64,000 nucleotides of DNA, taken from the NCBI GenBank assembly GCA_017883235.1, contig JADGNY010000017.1, forward strand, positions 585 through 64,584. The letters run 5' to 3'. The DNA comes from Thermoanaerobaculia bacterium. Its GTDB lineage: Bacteria > Acidobacteriota > Thermoanaerobaculia > Gp7-AA8. The notes beneath the pieces are model-generated. The model saw only the letters and a program-made list of their open reading frames with translations, was not told the DNA's origin and did no database searches. A program made the translations under genes and the position numbers. Position 1 is the first letter of the stretch; each line of letters starts with the position of its first letter. Positions 16,289 to 25,969 of this stretch are shown here, piece by piece.

Positions 16289-19200
16289 CTACCCCAGCAA
16301 CATCTCCAGATCCTCCACCTCCAGCTTCCGCAGCACGCTGTTGTCCTCGGAGATGATCGATTCGGCCAGCTCGCGTTTTCTCGCTTGCAGCTCGAGGATC
16401 TTCTCTTCGACGGTGTCGCGGGCGATGAGGCGGTAGGCGACGACCGGCTTCATGCGGCCGATGCGGTGGGCGCGGTCGATGGCCTGGGCTTCGACGGCGG
16501 GGTTCCACCAGGGGTCGAGCAGGAAGATGTAGTCGGCGTTGGTCAGGTTGAGGCCGAGGCCGCCGGCTTTGAGGCTGATGAGGAAGAGCGGCGGGCCGCC
16601 GGCGGGCTGCTGGAACTGTTCGACGAGCGTCTGGCGGTCGCGCGTCTTGCCGTCGAGGTAGAGGTAGGGGATCCGTTCCTTGTCCAGCGTGTTGCGCACG
16701 ATCTGCAGGAATGACGTGAACTGGGAGAAGACCAGGGCGCGGTGGCCGGAGTCGAGAACCTCGCGCAGTTCCTCCATGAGCAGCTCGACTTTCGCGCTCG
16801 GCGCGTCGGTGGCGGGGTCGATGAGGCGGGGATCGCAGGCGGCCTGACGCAGACGCAGCAGCGCCTCGAGGATGTGCATGCGGGCCTTGTCGATGCCGCC
16901 GGTCTTGATCCGGCCCAGGAGGGCGAGCCGGTAGTGGTCGCGCAGCTCCTCGTACTGCTTCTTCTGCTTCCCTTCCAGCTCGCAATAGAGCGTCTGCTCG
17001 ATCCGCTCCGGAAGCTCGGGGGCGACCTGCTCCTTCGTACGGCGCAGCAGCAGCGGACGCAATCCGCGGGCGAGTGCGTTGCGGCGCTCGGGCGGCGTGT
17101 TCTTCCCGGCGAAGGTGCGGTTGAAGGCGCGCGCGGGGCCGAGCAGGCCGGGATTGAGAAACTCGAAAAGGCTCCACAGCTCGCCGAGGTGATTCTCGAT
17201 CGGGGTGCCGCTCAGCGCCAGGCGGTGGCGTCCCCGCAGGAGACGGCTCGCTTTCGCCACCTGGCTCGAGGCGTTCTTGATGGCCTGCGACTCGTCCAGA
17301 ATGATGGTTTCGAACTCGGTCTCGGCGAGCCGGGCGATGTCGAGCCGCATCGTGGCGTAGGTGGTCAGTACGAGATCGACGCCGTCGAATTCGTTCTTGG
17401 CGCGCTCGCTTCCGTGATGTTCGATCACGCGCAGTTGCGGTGCGAAGCGCTTCGCCTCGGCGGACCAATTGAAGAGCAGGGAACGCGGTGCGACGACGAG
17501 CGACGGGGTGGTGTTCCCGCTCGCGCGCAGCCCTTCGAGCAGGGCCAGCGCCTGCACGGTCTTGCCGAGGCCCATGTCGTCGGCGAGACAGCCGCCGAGG
17601 CCGGTCGTGCGCAGAAACTCCAGCCAGCCGAGGCCGGCGCGCTGGTAGGGCCGCAACTCGGTCAGGAGCGTCGGCGGTTCCTGCCGCGGCTCCGGCGACG
17701 CTTCCGTGATCCGTTGGCAGAGCTCGAGGAACGCATCGTCCATCGTGCGTGGCTTCGATTGGAGGAGAGAATCGATGAGGAGCGCCTGCGAGGTGCGGAA
17801 GCGCACGCCGTCGCCTTCGCGCTTGCCGAGGTCGAGCACCGGCGCCAGCGACTCCGCCCATGAGCCGGGGACGATGCCGTACGAACCGTCGGGAAGCCGC
17901 AGCAGGGAGCGATTCGTGGCAGCCGAGGCCAGGAGCTCCGGAAGGCCGATGCGTACGTCATCGAAGGAGGCGTTGACGTTCAGGTCGAACCAGTCGATTC
18001 CGCTGGAGATCTCGATGTCGAGGTCGCCGGCGATGCGCACCCTTGCGGCGTCGATCTCGATCGTCCATCCCTCGGCGGTCAGCGTCCGGGCGACGTTTTC
18101 GACTTGCGCGAGCCGGACGCGGTAGCCGTCCCATGTCGAGATCACGCCGAGTGAGCCGAGGCGGCCGCGAAAGCCGGCTTCGACGTCACGGTTACGGCGA
18201 ATCAGCTTGCGCCCCAGCGTCGCCTGCGACTCCTCCGAGCGGCTGGAGATGCGCCACTCGTCGTACACGAAGAAGAGGTCCCCGGTCAGCTCCGAAGTCC
18301 AGGGCTGATTATCGAGCGCGAGGATGGGCCGCGGACGTACGTCGACGAGCGTCCATCCGAGCTCCTCGGGGAGTGCGATGTTGGCGATGGGCGCGCGGAG
18401 AAGCGCTTTCCGGAAACGGTCCGCGTCGGCGTGCGGAATCTCGACGGAGCGGTTCGCGCGCAACGCGCGCAGCCACGATCCGCGTCCGCCGTCGTCGAAT
18501 CGCGCGGCGCGCCCGCCGGCGATGAGAATGCCCGGAAAGGTCGCTGCAACATCTTCGAGCGGCAGCGACTCCCCCTCGCGCTCGATCGTGGCCACGACGC
18601 GGTACTTCGATGCCGCGGCATCGTTGACGATGGCCACGTTCAGCGTCCACGGCGGCCCGTCGTCCCAGGCGATCATCCGCGGATCTTCCTGTGTTCTATC
18701 GAGGATGCCGAACTTACCGGCGCGTGCGAGCCGCTCGATCCACCACGCGGCGGTCGTCGAAGGGATGTTGACCATCCGCTCCACGGTGTGCGCCCATGTG
18801 TGCTGATTGAGGAGTGCCAGGCTTTCGCGGTCGAAGGGATCGAGGAGGTGCAGATCATCGAGCCGGATCGACAGTTGTTTCCACTTTCCCCACTCGCCGT
18901 TCTTCTTGTGGGAACGGCCGATGATCTGGAAGGTCAGCCTCTGCGATGCCGGAGACGATTCGATGGCATAAACGATCGTCTCGGGGACGCTGCGGGCCGG
19001 GGAGAGGTTCACGGGCAGTGCGGGGCCGATGGCGTCGAGGAAGCTCTGCCACGGCGGGCGTTGCCCGTGGGGCGCCAGGCCGCGAAGCGATGTCAGCGCC
19101 TTCGGATCGAGTTCGTCGTCAAACGCAACATCCGGCTCATCGTTGAGGGCGTCGTCGAACGTTTCGTAGGGTCCCTCAAAGCTGGTTGCCAGGAAGAGCG

Positions 19201-19567
19201 AGCGCTCCGGGAGCATGCGCCGGGCACTGGCCGAACGAATGACGGCCCAGATGTGCTTACACTCCTGTTCGTTGTCGAGAAACCAGGGACAGGTGCACTC
19301 CACGTGGAGCTCGTTGCCTTCGATCAGCAGCGTGACGTAATAGAGATCGCTGCCTTGAACCTGCGCCTCGATCGCTCCGTCACCGACCTTCTCGATCCGG
19401 CGCACGCGCCCTTCCGCGTAGTAGGCATCGCCGCGCGAGAGAGTCCGTGGCGCGATCAGCCTGCGAAGCGCATTTTCGGCGAGCACTGCGGCGGAAACGA
19501 GGGGGGACCGGTGGCGATTCCGCCGGGGGCTCTTCCGGGCGTCTTTACACTGACAAAACCCTGACAA
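16289..19567 (-). CDS. SNF2-family helicase with N-terminal SWIM zinc finger
   Basis: 1092 aa. SWIM motif CTCPWFLDNEQECKHIWAV. Helicase motifs LADDMGLGKT, ILDESQAIKN, LSGTPIEN and DPWWNPAVEAQAIDRAHRIG. Confidence 0.9.
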   Translation of the reverse strand: MSGFCQCKDARKSPRRNRHRSPLVSAAVLAENALRRLIAPRTLSRGDAYYAEGRVRRIEKVGDGAIEAQVQGSDLYYVTLLIEGNELHVECTCPWFLDNEQECKHIWAVIRSASARRMLPERSLFLATSFEGPYETFDDALNDEPDVAFDDELDPKALTSLRGLAPHGQRPPWQSFLDAIGPALPVNLSPARSVPETIVYAIESSPASQRLTFQIIGRSHKKNGEWGKWKQLSIRLDDLHLLDPFDRESLALLNQHTWAHTVERMVNIPSTTAAWWIERLARAGKFGILDRTQEDPRMIAWDDGPPWTLNVAIVNDAAASKYRVVATIEREGESLPLEDVAATFPGILIAGGRAARFDDGGRGSWLRALRANRSVEIPHADADRFRKALLRAPIANIALPEELGWTLVDVRPRPILALDNQPWTSELTGDLFFVYDEWRISSRSEESQATLGRKLIRRNRDVEAGFRGRLGSLGVISTWDGYRVRLAQVENVARTLTAEGWTIEIDAARVRIAGDLDIEISSGIDWFDLNVNASFDDVRIGLPELLASAATNRSLLRLPDGSYGIVPGSWAESLAPVLDLGKREGDGVRFRTSQALLIDSLLQSKPRTMDDAFLELCQRITEASPEPRQEPPTLLTELRPYQRAGLGWLEFLRTTGLGGCLADDMGLGKTVQALALLEGLRASGNTTPSLVVAPRSLLFNWSAEAKRFAPQLRVIEHHGSERAKNEFDGVDLVLTTYATMRLDIARLAETEFETIILDESQAIKNASSQVAKASRLLRGRHRLALSGTPIENHLGELWSLFEFLNPGLLGPARAFNRTFAGKNTPPERRNALARGLRPLLLRRTKEQVAPELPERIEQTLYCELEGKQKKQYEELRDHYRLALLGRIKTGGIDKARMHILEALLRLRQAACDPRLIDPATDAPSAKVELLMEELREVLDSGHRALVFSQFTSFLQIVRNTLDKERIPYLYLDGKTRDRQTLVEQFQQPAGGPPLFLISLKAGGLGLNLTNADYIFLLDPWWNPAVEAQAIDRAHRIGRMKPVVAYRLIARDTVEEKILELQARKRELAESIISEDNSVLRKLEVEDLEMLLG

Positions 19568-19622
19568 AACCCGAACCCGGCAACCATTCTCCGGCGCTAT
19601 CGTCTATTCATTGGAGGACCAA

Positions 19623-19817
19623 ATGCGATTCATTCTTTTTCTCACACTCATGACCGGCTTCATCATCAGCAGTAACCCCGGATCTTTCATCACGCGGCAC
19701 GTCACGGTCACTTCGGACCAGGGGGCTGGCACCGATCCGGATGGCCGCAATACGACCGTCACCGGAGGCACCGGCGTCACGCCCGACGCGGGACCGCGTA
19801 TCGATCCTGAGGGTTGA
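19623..19817 (+). CDS. possible small secreted/membrane peptide
   Basis: GGAGGA lies 7 nt upstream of the ATG. Product MRFILFLTLMTGFIISSNPGS... has a hydrophobic N-terminus and a Gly/Thr/Asp-rich tail. There is no other support. Confidence 0.3.
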   Translation: MRFILFLTLMTGFIISSNPGSFITRHVTVTSDQGAGTDPDGRNTTVTGGTGVTPDAGPRIDPEG

Positions 19818-20101
19818 CACGCGGGTCATGGTCGGAGCGCCGGCGAAACGCCAGCGCTCCGACTGACACCGCCTTGAACCTTCCGTACTCAGGCGGGAAC
19901 CTCACCCCCGCGTGCGCGGCGATGCGGGTCATGGCCACCAGATCGGCGAGGAGCACGTTGCCGACAGGAGCCGGCGTCGCCACCTGTGGTGCAGTGAGGT
20001 AGCGGTCAACTCCAATTGAGCAAAAGGTGCGCAGATTCAAGCTGGTTCTGATTTTGCTGCGTGCATGACTTCCGAGCGCGTCACGCTCTAAGGAGACCGT
20101 C

Positions 20102-20551
20102 ATGCCGGAAAAAGAAACACTGCGCAGAGCGCAAGAGGACAAGCGGGAAGGGAAGGCGCCCTCGACGCAGGCTGGAGAGTTCGTTCGCGAGGAGATCGAT
20201 CACATCCGCGAAGGGAAGCATGGAGCGCGGTCGACGAAGCAGGCCATCGCCATCGGCCTTTCCAAAGCGCGGAGGGCCGGCGTCAAGTTGAGTCCGCCCG
20301 CGAAAGGAAAAGCGTCCACAAAGACGCGGCGGAGCGCGGCCCGGGCGCTGGAGGCTGGGAAGCAGAAGACCAAACCCTCCGCGAAACGCTCGCGCGCCAC
20401 GGAAAACGCGCTGCGTCACGAGGGTCACGCCGCCGGCTCCAAATTGGCGCTGTCGCGTCAGGCGCATGCCGCCTCTCGCAAGCGCAGCGCGACAGACCGG
20501 TCAGCCTCGGCGCGCAAAGCGGCGCGCACCCGCGCTCATGAACGCGCGTAA
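20102..20551 (+). CDS. DUF6496-like small basic protein
   Basis: N-terminus MPEKETLRRAQEDKREGKAPSTQAGEFVREEIDHIREGKHGARSTKQAIAIGLSKARRAGVKL matches my memory of this family. The tail is Lys/Arg-rich. AAGGAG lies upstream. Confidence 0.7.
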   Translation: MPEKETLRRAQEDKREGKAPSTQAGEFVREEIDHIREGKHGARSTKQAIAIGLSKARRAGVKLSPPAKGKASTKTRRSAARALEAGKQKTKPSAKRSRATENALRHEGHAAGSKLALSRQAHAASRKRSATDRSASARKAARTRAHERA

Positions 20552-20580
20552 CATTGAGACGATTTGGCTTTGGAGGAACG

Positions 20581-21219
20581 ATGACCCTTCCGCCCTGCTA
20601 CACGAATCCCGAGCCTGACGATGAATCCCCGGCCGACCCCTCGCGGCGCTCGTTCGTCATCGGGTCTGCCGCCGCCACCGCCGCCGCGCTCATCAGTCCG
20701 ATCCTCGGCGCCGCGCCGGCGACGGCGGAAACGCCGCCGAAGAGCGATCCGAACGCGGTCGCCGTCGTGCTCGACGTCAACGGCAAGCGTCACGAGCTGC
20801 GGCTCGATCCGCGCACGACGCTCCTCGACGCGCTGCGCGAACATCTCGACCTCACCGGGACGAAGAAGGGATGCGATCAGGGCGCGTGCGGCGCGTGCAC
20901 GGTGCTCGTCGACGGAAAGCGGATCAATTCCTGTCTCACGCTGGCGGTGATGAACAGCGGCAAAGCGATCACGACCATCGAGGGCCTGGCGTCCAACGGC
21001 AGGCTCAATCCTGTGCAGGCGGCCTTCATCCGCAACGACGGATTCCAGTGCGGCTACTGCACCTCGGGGCAGATCTGTTCCGCGGTGGCGCTCCTTCGCG
21101 AAGGGCACACGCATTCCGACGACGAGATCCGCGAATGGATGAGCGGCAACATCTGCCGCTGCGGTGCCTACCCCGGCATCGTCGCGGCGATCCGGGAGGC
21201 TGCCAATGCACGCGTTTGA
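20581..21219 (+). CDS. (2Fe-2S)-binding small subunit of a xanthine dehydrogenase-family oxidoreductase (PaoA-like), Tat signal
   Basis: GGAGGA lies upstream of the ATG at 20581. Twin-arginine motif SRRSFVIGSAAATAAA. Cys clusters CDQGACGACTV and CGYCTSGQ..CRCG. Confidence 0.9.
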   Translation: MTLPPCYTNPEPDDESPADPSRRSFVIGSAAATAAALISPILGAAPATAETPPKSDPNAVAVVLDVNGKRHELRLDPRTTLLDALREHLDLTGTKKGCDQGACGACTVLVDGKRINSCLTLAVMNSGKAITTIEGLASNGRLNPVQAAFIRNDGFQCGYCTSGQICSAVALLREGHTHSDDEIREWMSGNICRCGAYPGIVAAIREAANARV

Positions 21220-22192
21220 TTACGTCCGCGCCAAAGACCTCAGCGGCGCCATCACCTCCGGCTCGCGGCCGGCGGCGAAATTCGTCGCCGGCGGCACGAA
21301 CCTGATCGACCTCATGAAATCCGAGGTCGAGAGACCGGCGCATCTGGTGGACATCAATGGATTGGGATTGGCGGCGGTGGAGCGCGTGCCCGGCGGAATC
21401 CGGATCGGCGCGCTGGCGCGCATGAACGATGTCGCACTGCATCCGCTCGTGCAGCAGGGATTCCCGGCCATCTCCCAGGCGCTCCTGGCCAGCGCCTCGC
21501 CGCAATTGCGGAACATGGCCTCGATCGGCGGGAACCTGATGCAGCGGACGCGCTGTACGTACTTTCGAGAATTGACGTTCGCCCCCTGCAACAAACGCGA
21601 CCCGGGAAGCGGCTGCGCGGCGATGGAAGGGGAGAATCGCACGCACGCCGTCCTCGGCACATCGTCCTCGTGTATCGCCACGCATCCCTCCGATCTGGCG
21701 GTCGTGCTGGCCGCGCTCGACGCCGTCATCACACTGCACGGCCGCGATGGCGAGCGGAAAGTCATGGCCACCGACTTCCATCTGTTGCCCGGAAGCACCC
21801 CGCACGTCGAGCACGCCCTTCGGCACGGCGAGGTGATCACCGCGGTATTCGTCCCCGACGCCGCGCACGCGAGCCATTCGTCGTACCTGAAAGTCCGCGA
21901 CCGCTCGGAGTTCGAGTTCGCACTGGCATCGGCGGCGGTCGGCCTCGAGCTCTCCGGCGGCACGATCCGCAGCGCCCGCGTCGCTCTCGGCGGCGTGGGG
22001 ACGAAACCGTGGCGCTCGCGCGAAGCGGAGCGCGCACTCATTGGCAAATCGCCGGCGACAGCGACGTTTCGCGATGCCGCCGAAGCCGCGCTCACCGGAG
22101 CCATTCCTCATGAGCAGAACCGATTCAAGATCGAGCTGGCGAAGCGAACGCTGGTCCGTTCGCTGACCGATCTGGCGGGAGGTGCGGCATGA
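21206..22192 (+). CDS. FAD-binding subunit (PaoB-like, CO dehydrogenase flavoprotein fold)
   Basis: Product MHAFDYVRAKDLSGAI...AGGTNLIDLMK. GGAGG lies upstream. There is a 14-nt overlap with the previous gene. Confidence 0.9.
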   Translation: MHAFDYVRAKDLSGAITSGSRPAAKFVAGGTNLIDLMKSEVERPAHLVDINGLGLAAVERVPGGIRIGALARMNDVALHPLVQQGFPAISQALLASASPQLRNMASIGGNLMQRTRCTYFRELTFAPCNKRDPGSGCAAMEGENRTHAVLGTSSSCIATHPSDLAVVLAALDAVITLHGRDGERKVMATDFHLLPGSTPHVEHALRHGEVITAVFVPDAAHASHSSYLKVRDRSEFEFALASAAVGLELSGGTIRSARVALGGVGTKPWRSREAERALIGKSPATATFRDAAEAALTGAIPHEQNRFKIELAKRTLVRSLTDLAGGAA

Positions 22193-24393
22193 TCCCGATC
22201 ATCGGCGAGCCGCACGACCGCGTCGACGGCCGGCAGAAGGTCACCGGCGAGGCGCGTTACGCGGCGGAGAACAACCTCCCCAATCTCGCCTACGCCGTTC
22301 TCGTCACCAGCACCATCCCCGCGGGAAGCATCGCCGCGATCGACGCGGCGGCGGCGAAGAGCGCGCCGGGCGTCATCAGCGTCATCTCGCATCTCAACGC
22401 GCCGAAGCTTCCCGACACCGGCGGCCAACAGCAGGAATCGAACGCCGCGGAGCATCACCACATGCCGTTCTCGGACGACTCGGTCCACTACGTCGGCCAG
22501 GCCGTGGCCGCCGTCGTCGCCGACACGTTCGAGCACGCCACGCATGCCGCCGGACTGGTTCGTGTCAACTATCGGCCCACTCCGGCGCGGATTGTCATGG
22601 AGGAGCATCGGAGCGACGCGAAGGAGCGGCAGGGAAACGCTCCTGCAACGTTCTCGAAGGGGGATGCGGAAGGAGCGCTGGCGAGCGCTCCGGTGAAGGT
22701 CGATCAGGTCTATCGAATCCCCTACGAGCACCACAACCAGATGGAGCCGCATGCGCTCGTGGCGGCGTGGGATGGCGATCGTCTGACCGTTCACGACTCG
22801 GCGCAGAACATCTTCACCACGCGGCAGACTCTGGCTAAGGCGTTCGGCGTCCCGACGGAATCGGTCCGCGTGATGTCGCCGTTCGTCGGCGGGGCCTTCG
22901 GGAGCAAAGGCTCGGCCTGGCCGCATGTCTTCATCGCGGTCATGGCCGCGCGCATGGTTCGCCGCCCGGTCAAGATCGCTCTGACCCGTCGCCAGGCGTA
23001 TTTCTCCAACGGTCACCGCCCGCTCACCGAACAACGCGTCGCCCTCGGCGCGACAGCGGACGGCAAGCTCGTGGCGATGATCCATGAGGGCATCGGCCAG
23101 ACCAACACCGTTTGCGACTACGTCGAAGGATTCACCAGTCCGACGCGCTCCATGTATGCGACGCCGAACGTGCGCGTGGCGCATCGCGTCGTCGAGCTCG
23201 ATCTTCCCAGCCCGACCTACATGCGCGCTCCCGGCGAGAACCCGGGGATGTACGCGCTCGAATCGGCGATGGACGAGATGGCGTACGCGCTGAAGATCGA
23301 TCCGATCCAACTGCGCGTGCTCAACCACGCCGATGACGATCCGGCAAACGGCAAGCCGTGGTCGAGCAAGTCGATCAAGGAGTGTTACGCGCAAGGGGCG
23401 GAGCGCTTCGGCTGGCCGCGGCGCACCTCCGAACCGCGGTCGATGCGCGACGGCCGGCAGCTCATCGGTCTCGGCATGGCCAGCGCGACCTATCCGTCGC
23501 ATCGCGCGCCGGCTTCGGCGCGCGCGGTCATGCATCGCGACGGGAACGTCGATGTCTCCAGTGGGACGCACGAGATGGGGATGGGAACCGCCACCGTGAT
23601 GGCGCAGCTCGCCGCGGAGACGCTCGGCGTCCCCTTCGAGCGCGTGACGTTCCGCTACGGCGATACGACGCTGCCTCGGGCGCCGATCTCCGCCGGCTCG
23701 CTGACGGTCGCCAGCGTCGGATCCGCGGTATTCGCCGCGTCCTCACAGTTGAAGAGGAAGGTGATCGATCTGGCAACCGCGGACGCGTCGTCGCCGTTGA
23801 ACGGCACCGATCCGAACGACATCGATGCCGCCGACGGGAAGCTTACGCTGAAGAGCGATCCGTCGCGCGGAGAGGCGTATGCGGCCATCCTCCGCCGGCA
23901 CTATCTCGACACGATGGATGCCGCGGCCGACGAAAAGCCGGAGCCGAACGATCCGTATTCGGCCCGCGCCTTCGGAGCCGTGTTCGCGGAAGTGGGCGTC
24001 GACCCCGACCTCGGTATCGTGCGTGTGCGCCGCATCGTGGCGGCGTTCGCGGGCGGCCGCATCCTGAATGCCAAGACCGCGCGCAGCCAGTATCACGGCG
24101 GCATCATTCAGGGAATCGGCATGGCTCTGCTGGAGCAGACACACCTCGACCGGAACCTCGGTGCCTTCACGAACGTGAACCTCGCCGAGAACCTGGTGCC
24201 GGTCAACGCCGACGTCCGTTCGATCGACGTGATTCTCGTTCCGGAAGACGATCCGCACGTCAACCCGATCGGCGCGAAAGGAATCGGCGAGATCGGAATC
24301 GTCGGCGTCGCTCCGGCCATCGCCAACGCGGTCTATCACGCTACCGGCAAACGGGTGCGCGATCTGCCGATCACCATCGAAAAGCTGCTCTAA
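22189..24393 (+). CDS. molybdopterin-binding large subunit (PaoC-like)
   Basis: 734 aa. Starts IGEPHDRVDGRQKVTGEARYAAE. ATGA overlap with the upstream gene. Confidence 0.9.
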   Translation: MIPIIGEPHDRVDGRQKVTGEARYAAENNLPNLAYAVLVTSTIPAGSIAAIDAAAAKSAPGVISVISHLNAPKLPDTGGQQQESNAAEHHHMPFSDDSVHYVGQAVAAVVADTFEHATHAAGLVRVNYRPTPARIVMEEHRSDAKERQGNAPATFSKGDAEGALASAPVKVDQVYRIPYEHHNQMEPHALVAAWDGDRLTVHDSAQNIFTTRQTLAKAFGVPTESVRVMSPFVGGAFGSKGSAWPHVFIAVMAARMVRRPVKIALTRRQAYFSNGHRPLTEQRVALGATADGKLVAMIHEGIGQTNTVCDYVEGFTSPTRSMYATPNVRVAHRVVELDLPSPTYMRAPGENPGMYALESAMDEMAYALKIDPIQLRVLNHADDDPANGKPWSSKSIKECYAQGAERFGWPRRTSEPRSMRDGRQLIGLGMASATYPSHRAPASARAVMHRDGNVDVSSGTHEMGMGTATVMAQLAAETLGVPFERVTFRYGDTTLPRAPISAGSLTVASVGSAVFAASSQLKRKVIDLATADASSPLNGTDPNDIDAADGKLTLKSDPSRGEAYAAILRRHYLDTMDAAADEKPEPNDPYSARAFGAVFAEVGVDPDLGIVRVRRIVAAFAGGRILNAKTARSQYHGGIIQGIGMALLEQTHLDRNLGAFTNVNLAENLVPVNADVRSIDVILVPEDDPHVNPIGAKGIGEIGIVGVAPAIANAVYHATGKRVRDLPITIEKLL

Positions 24394-24406
24394 CGAGGGG
24401 TTGGCC

Positions 24407-25063
24407 ATGTTGCAGGAACGTTTCCGGGACCGGGTCGAGGCAGGGCAGTTGCTGGGCCGCGCCGTAGCCGAGCGCGTTTCCGATCGGACCAACGTAATCG
24501 TGCTGGCCCTGCCCCGCGGCGGCGTGCCGGTCGGCTACGAGGTCGCCCGCGTTCTCGACGCGCCGATGGACGTCTTCATCGTCCGCAAGCTCGGCGTTCC
24601 CGGTCATGAAGAGCTGGCCATGGGGGCGATCGCCAGCGGCGGCATTCGCGTCATGAACGACGACGTCCTGCGCTACGTCCCGGTCTCGAAGAACGCCATC
24701 GAGGCCGTCTCCGCCCGCGAGCTGGTCGAGCTGGCGCGGCGCGAACGAAGCTATCGCGGGTCGAAACCGCCGCTCGACGTTCTCGGCAAAACCGTCATCG
24801 TCGTCGACGACGGCCTTGCCACCGGCTCCACGATGCGCGCCGCCGTCCGGGCTCTCCGCCAGAAGAACGCCGGCTCGATCATCGTCGCAGTTCCGGTGGC
24901 GGCGCGAGAGACATGCGAGGAGCTCTTCCGCGAAGTCGACGACATCATCTGTCTTCGAACGCCGGACCCCTTCCAGGCCGTCGGGCTCTGGTACGACGAT
25001 TTCAGCCAGACGACGGACGAAGAGGTTCACGGACTACTGGCAAGCCGCGTGAGGCCGCTTTGA
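24407..25063 (+). CDS. phosphoribosyltransferase-family protein
   Basis: PRPP-binding loop VIVVDDGLATGSTMRAA. The ATG at 24407 is preceded by GAGGGG. Confidence 0.85.
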   Translation: MLQERFRDRVEAGQLLGRAVAERVSDRTNVIVLALPRGGVPVGYEVARVLDAPMDVFIVRKLGVPGHEELAMGAIASGGIRVMNDDVLRYVPVSKNAIEAVSARELVELARRERSYRGSKPPLDVLGKTVIVVDDGLATGSTMRAAVRALRQKNAGSIIVAVPVAARETCEELFREVDDIICLRTPDPFQAVGLWYDDFSQTTDEEVHGLLASRVRPL

Positions 25064-25203
25064 CCAGCACCGGAAAAATTGAAACGCTTCGCGTCCCGGC
25101 AGCACTACTGAGCGGGTCCAAGGTTGTGTGCAACCCGAGGTAGTGAAGAGTCGTCAGTGCGGCTTCAATGCCTTTATCGGTCCAGCACTGTCCGGAGGAA
25201 ATC

Positions 25204-25761
25204 ATGAATCAAAAAAAATCTCTTGTCGCAGGTATCGTGCTCACCGGTCTTCTGAGCGCCGGTCTGGTAATGGGTCAGGAAGTTCAGAGACCGGGTCCGC
25301 CGGCTCCGTGCCCGCATCCGGTCACGATCACGATCAACGCCGGAAGTGCGGCGCCCGCGCCCGATCTCACGCAGTTCCCGGCCGGAAGCAATGTCGCCGG
25401 ATCGGTATGGAATCAGACCGCGATCAACAAGCACTTCGGCCACACCTTCCACTTCCCCGCGCCGGGAAGGGAGTGCTGCATTATGACCAGCGCAACTCTC
25501 CGCGTGACGATCAAGGCATTGCAGGGAGGCCGCAAAGGAAGTCCGACGTCCGCTAATGACTCCATCAGCATCCTCAGCGGTGGCGTAAGCGTCCTGCAGC
25601 AGTCGCCCTGGCTGAATGGCGTCGCCACGGGTGCGACCACCACGCTCTCGTTCAACATTCCCGCGAGCGTTCTCGCCACCGGCCAATTCAGCCTGTATGC
25701 AGAGGACGACACCGCTGTCGTCTCCGCAACTCTGGTTCTGACAGGCTGTTGCCTGAAGTAG
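25204..25761 (+). CDS. secreted hypothetical protein
   Basis: GGAGGA lies upstream of the ATG. Signal peptide MNQKKSLVAGIVLTGLLSAGLVMG. Two CC pairs (RECCIM, GCCLK). No family recognised. Confidence 0.6.
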   Translation: MNQKKSLVAGIVLTGLLSAGLVMGQEVQRPGPPAPCPHPVTITINAGSAAPAPDLTQFPAGSNVAGSVWNQTAINKHFGHTFHFPAPGRECCIMTSATLRVTIKALQGGRKGSPTSANDSISILSGGVSVLQQSPWLNGVATGATTTLSFNIPASVLATGQFSLYAEDDTAVVSATLVLTGCCLK

Positions 25762-25776
25762 TGCGCCAATGCTCTT

Positions 25777-25804
25777 GTGTAGCGCCGCTGGTCGGCGCTA
25801 CACA
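25777..25804 (+). terminator. hairpin downstream of 25204..25761
   Basis: TGTGTAGCGCCG-ctggt-CGGCGCTACACA, a 12-bp stem 16 nt after the stop codon. There is no clear U-tract. Confidence 0.45.
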
Positions 25805-25840
25805 GATCACCGGCACTATATGAGCCAGTAGAGAGGCCAA

Positions 25841-25950
25841 TGTGGCACAGACACTCTTGTCTGTGCCGGATCTCGCCACGATCAAGATCGCAAGCCCTCA
25901 GCGGCGCGCGGCTTCGGCCGGGGCACAGACAAGAGTGTCTGTGCCACATT
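25841..25950. repeat. ~110-bp REP/MITE-like element bounded by GTGGCACAGACACTCTTGTCTGTGCC palindromes
   Basis: Each end is itself a palindrome and the two ends are inverted copies of each other. It is about 90 percent identical to 52502..52612 and lies between convergent genes. Confidence 0.85.
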
Positions 25951-25969
25951 GATCCCTTTTGCACGAAAA

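Noticed and set aside
13000-16300. tRNA gene or att site next to the integrases
   Set aside because: I scanned for T-arm-like GGTTCGAATCC-type motifs and cloverleaf-sized palindromes and found none. Without a tool I cannot exclude a divergent tRNA fragment.
16158-17863. 567-aa and 373-aa ORFs overlapping the SNF2 helicase gene
   Set aside because: These are Arg/Pro/Ala-rich products in alternative or antisense frames, while the SNF2 frame carries all the helicase motifs.
19777-20142. 121-aa minus-strand ORF, possibly an amidohydrolase C-terminal fragment (..VGNVLLADLVAM..)
   Set aside because: Only one short motif is reminiscent of that family. There is no start context and it overlaps the start region of the DUF6496-like gene, so the evidence is too weak to call even a pseudogene.
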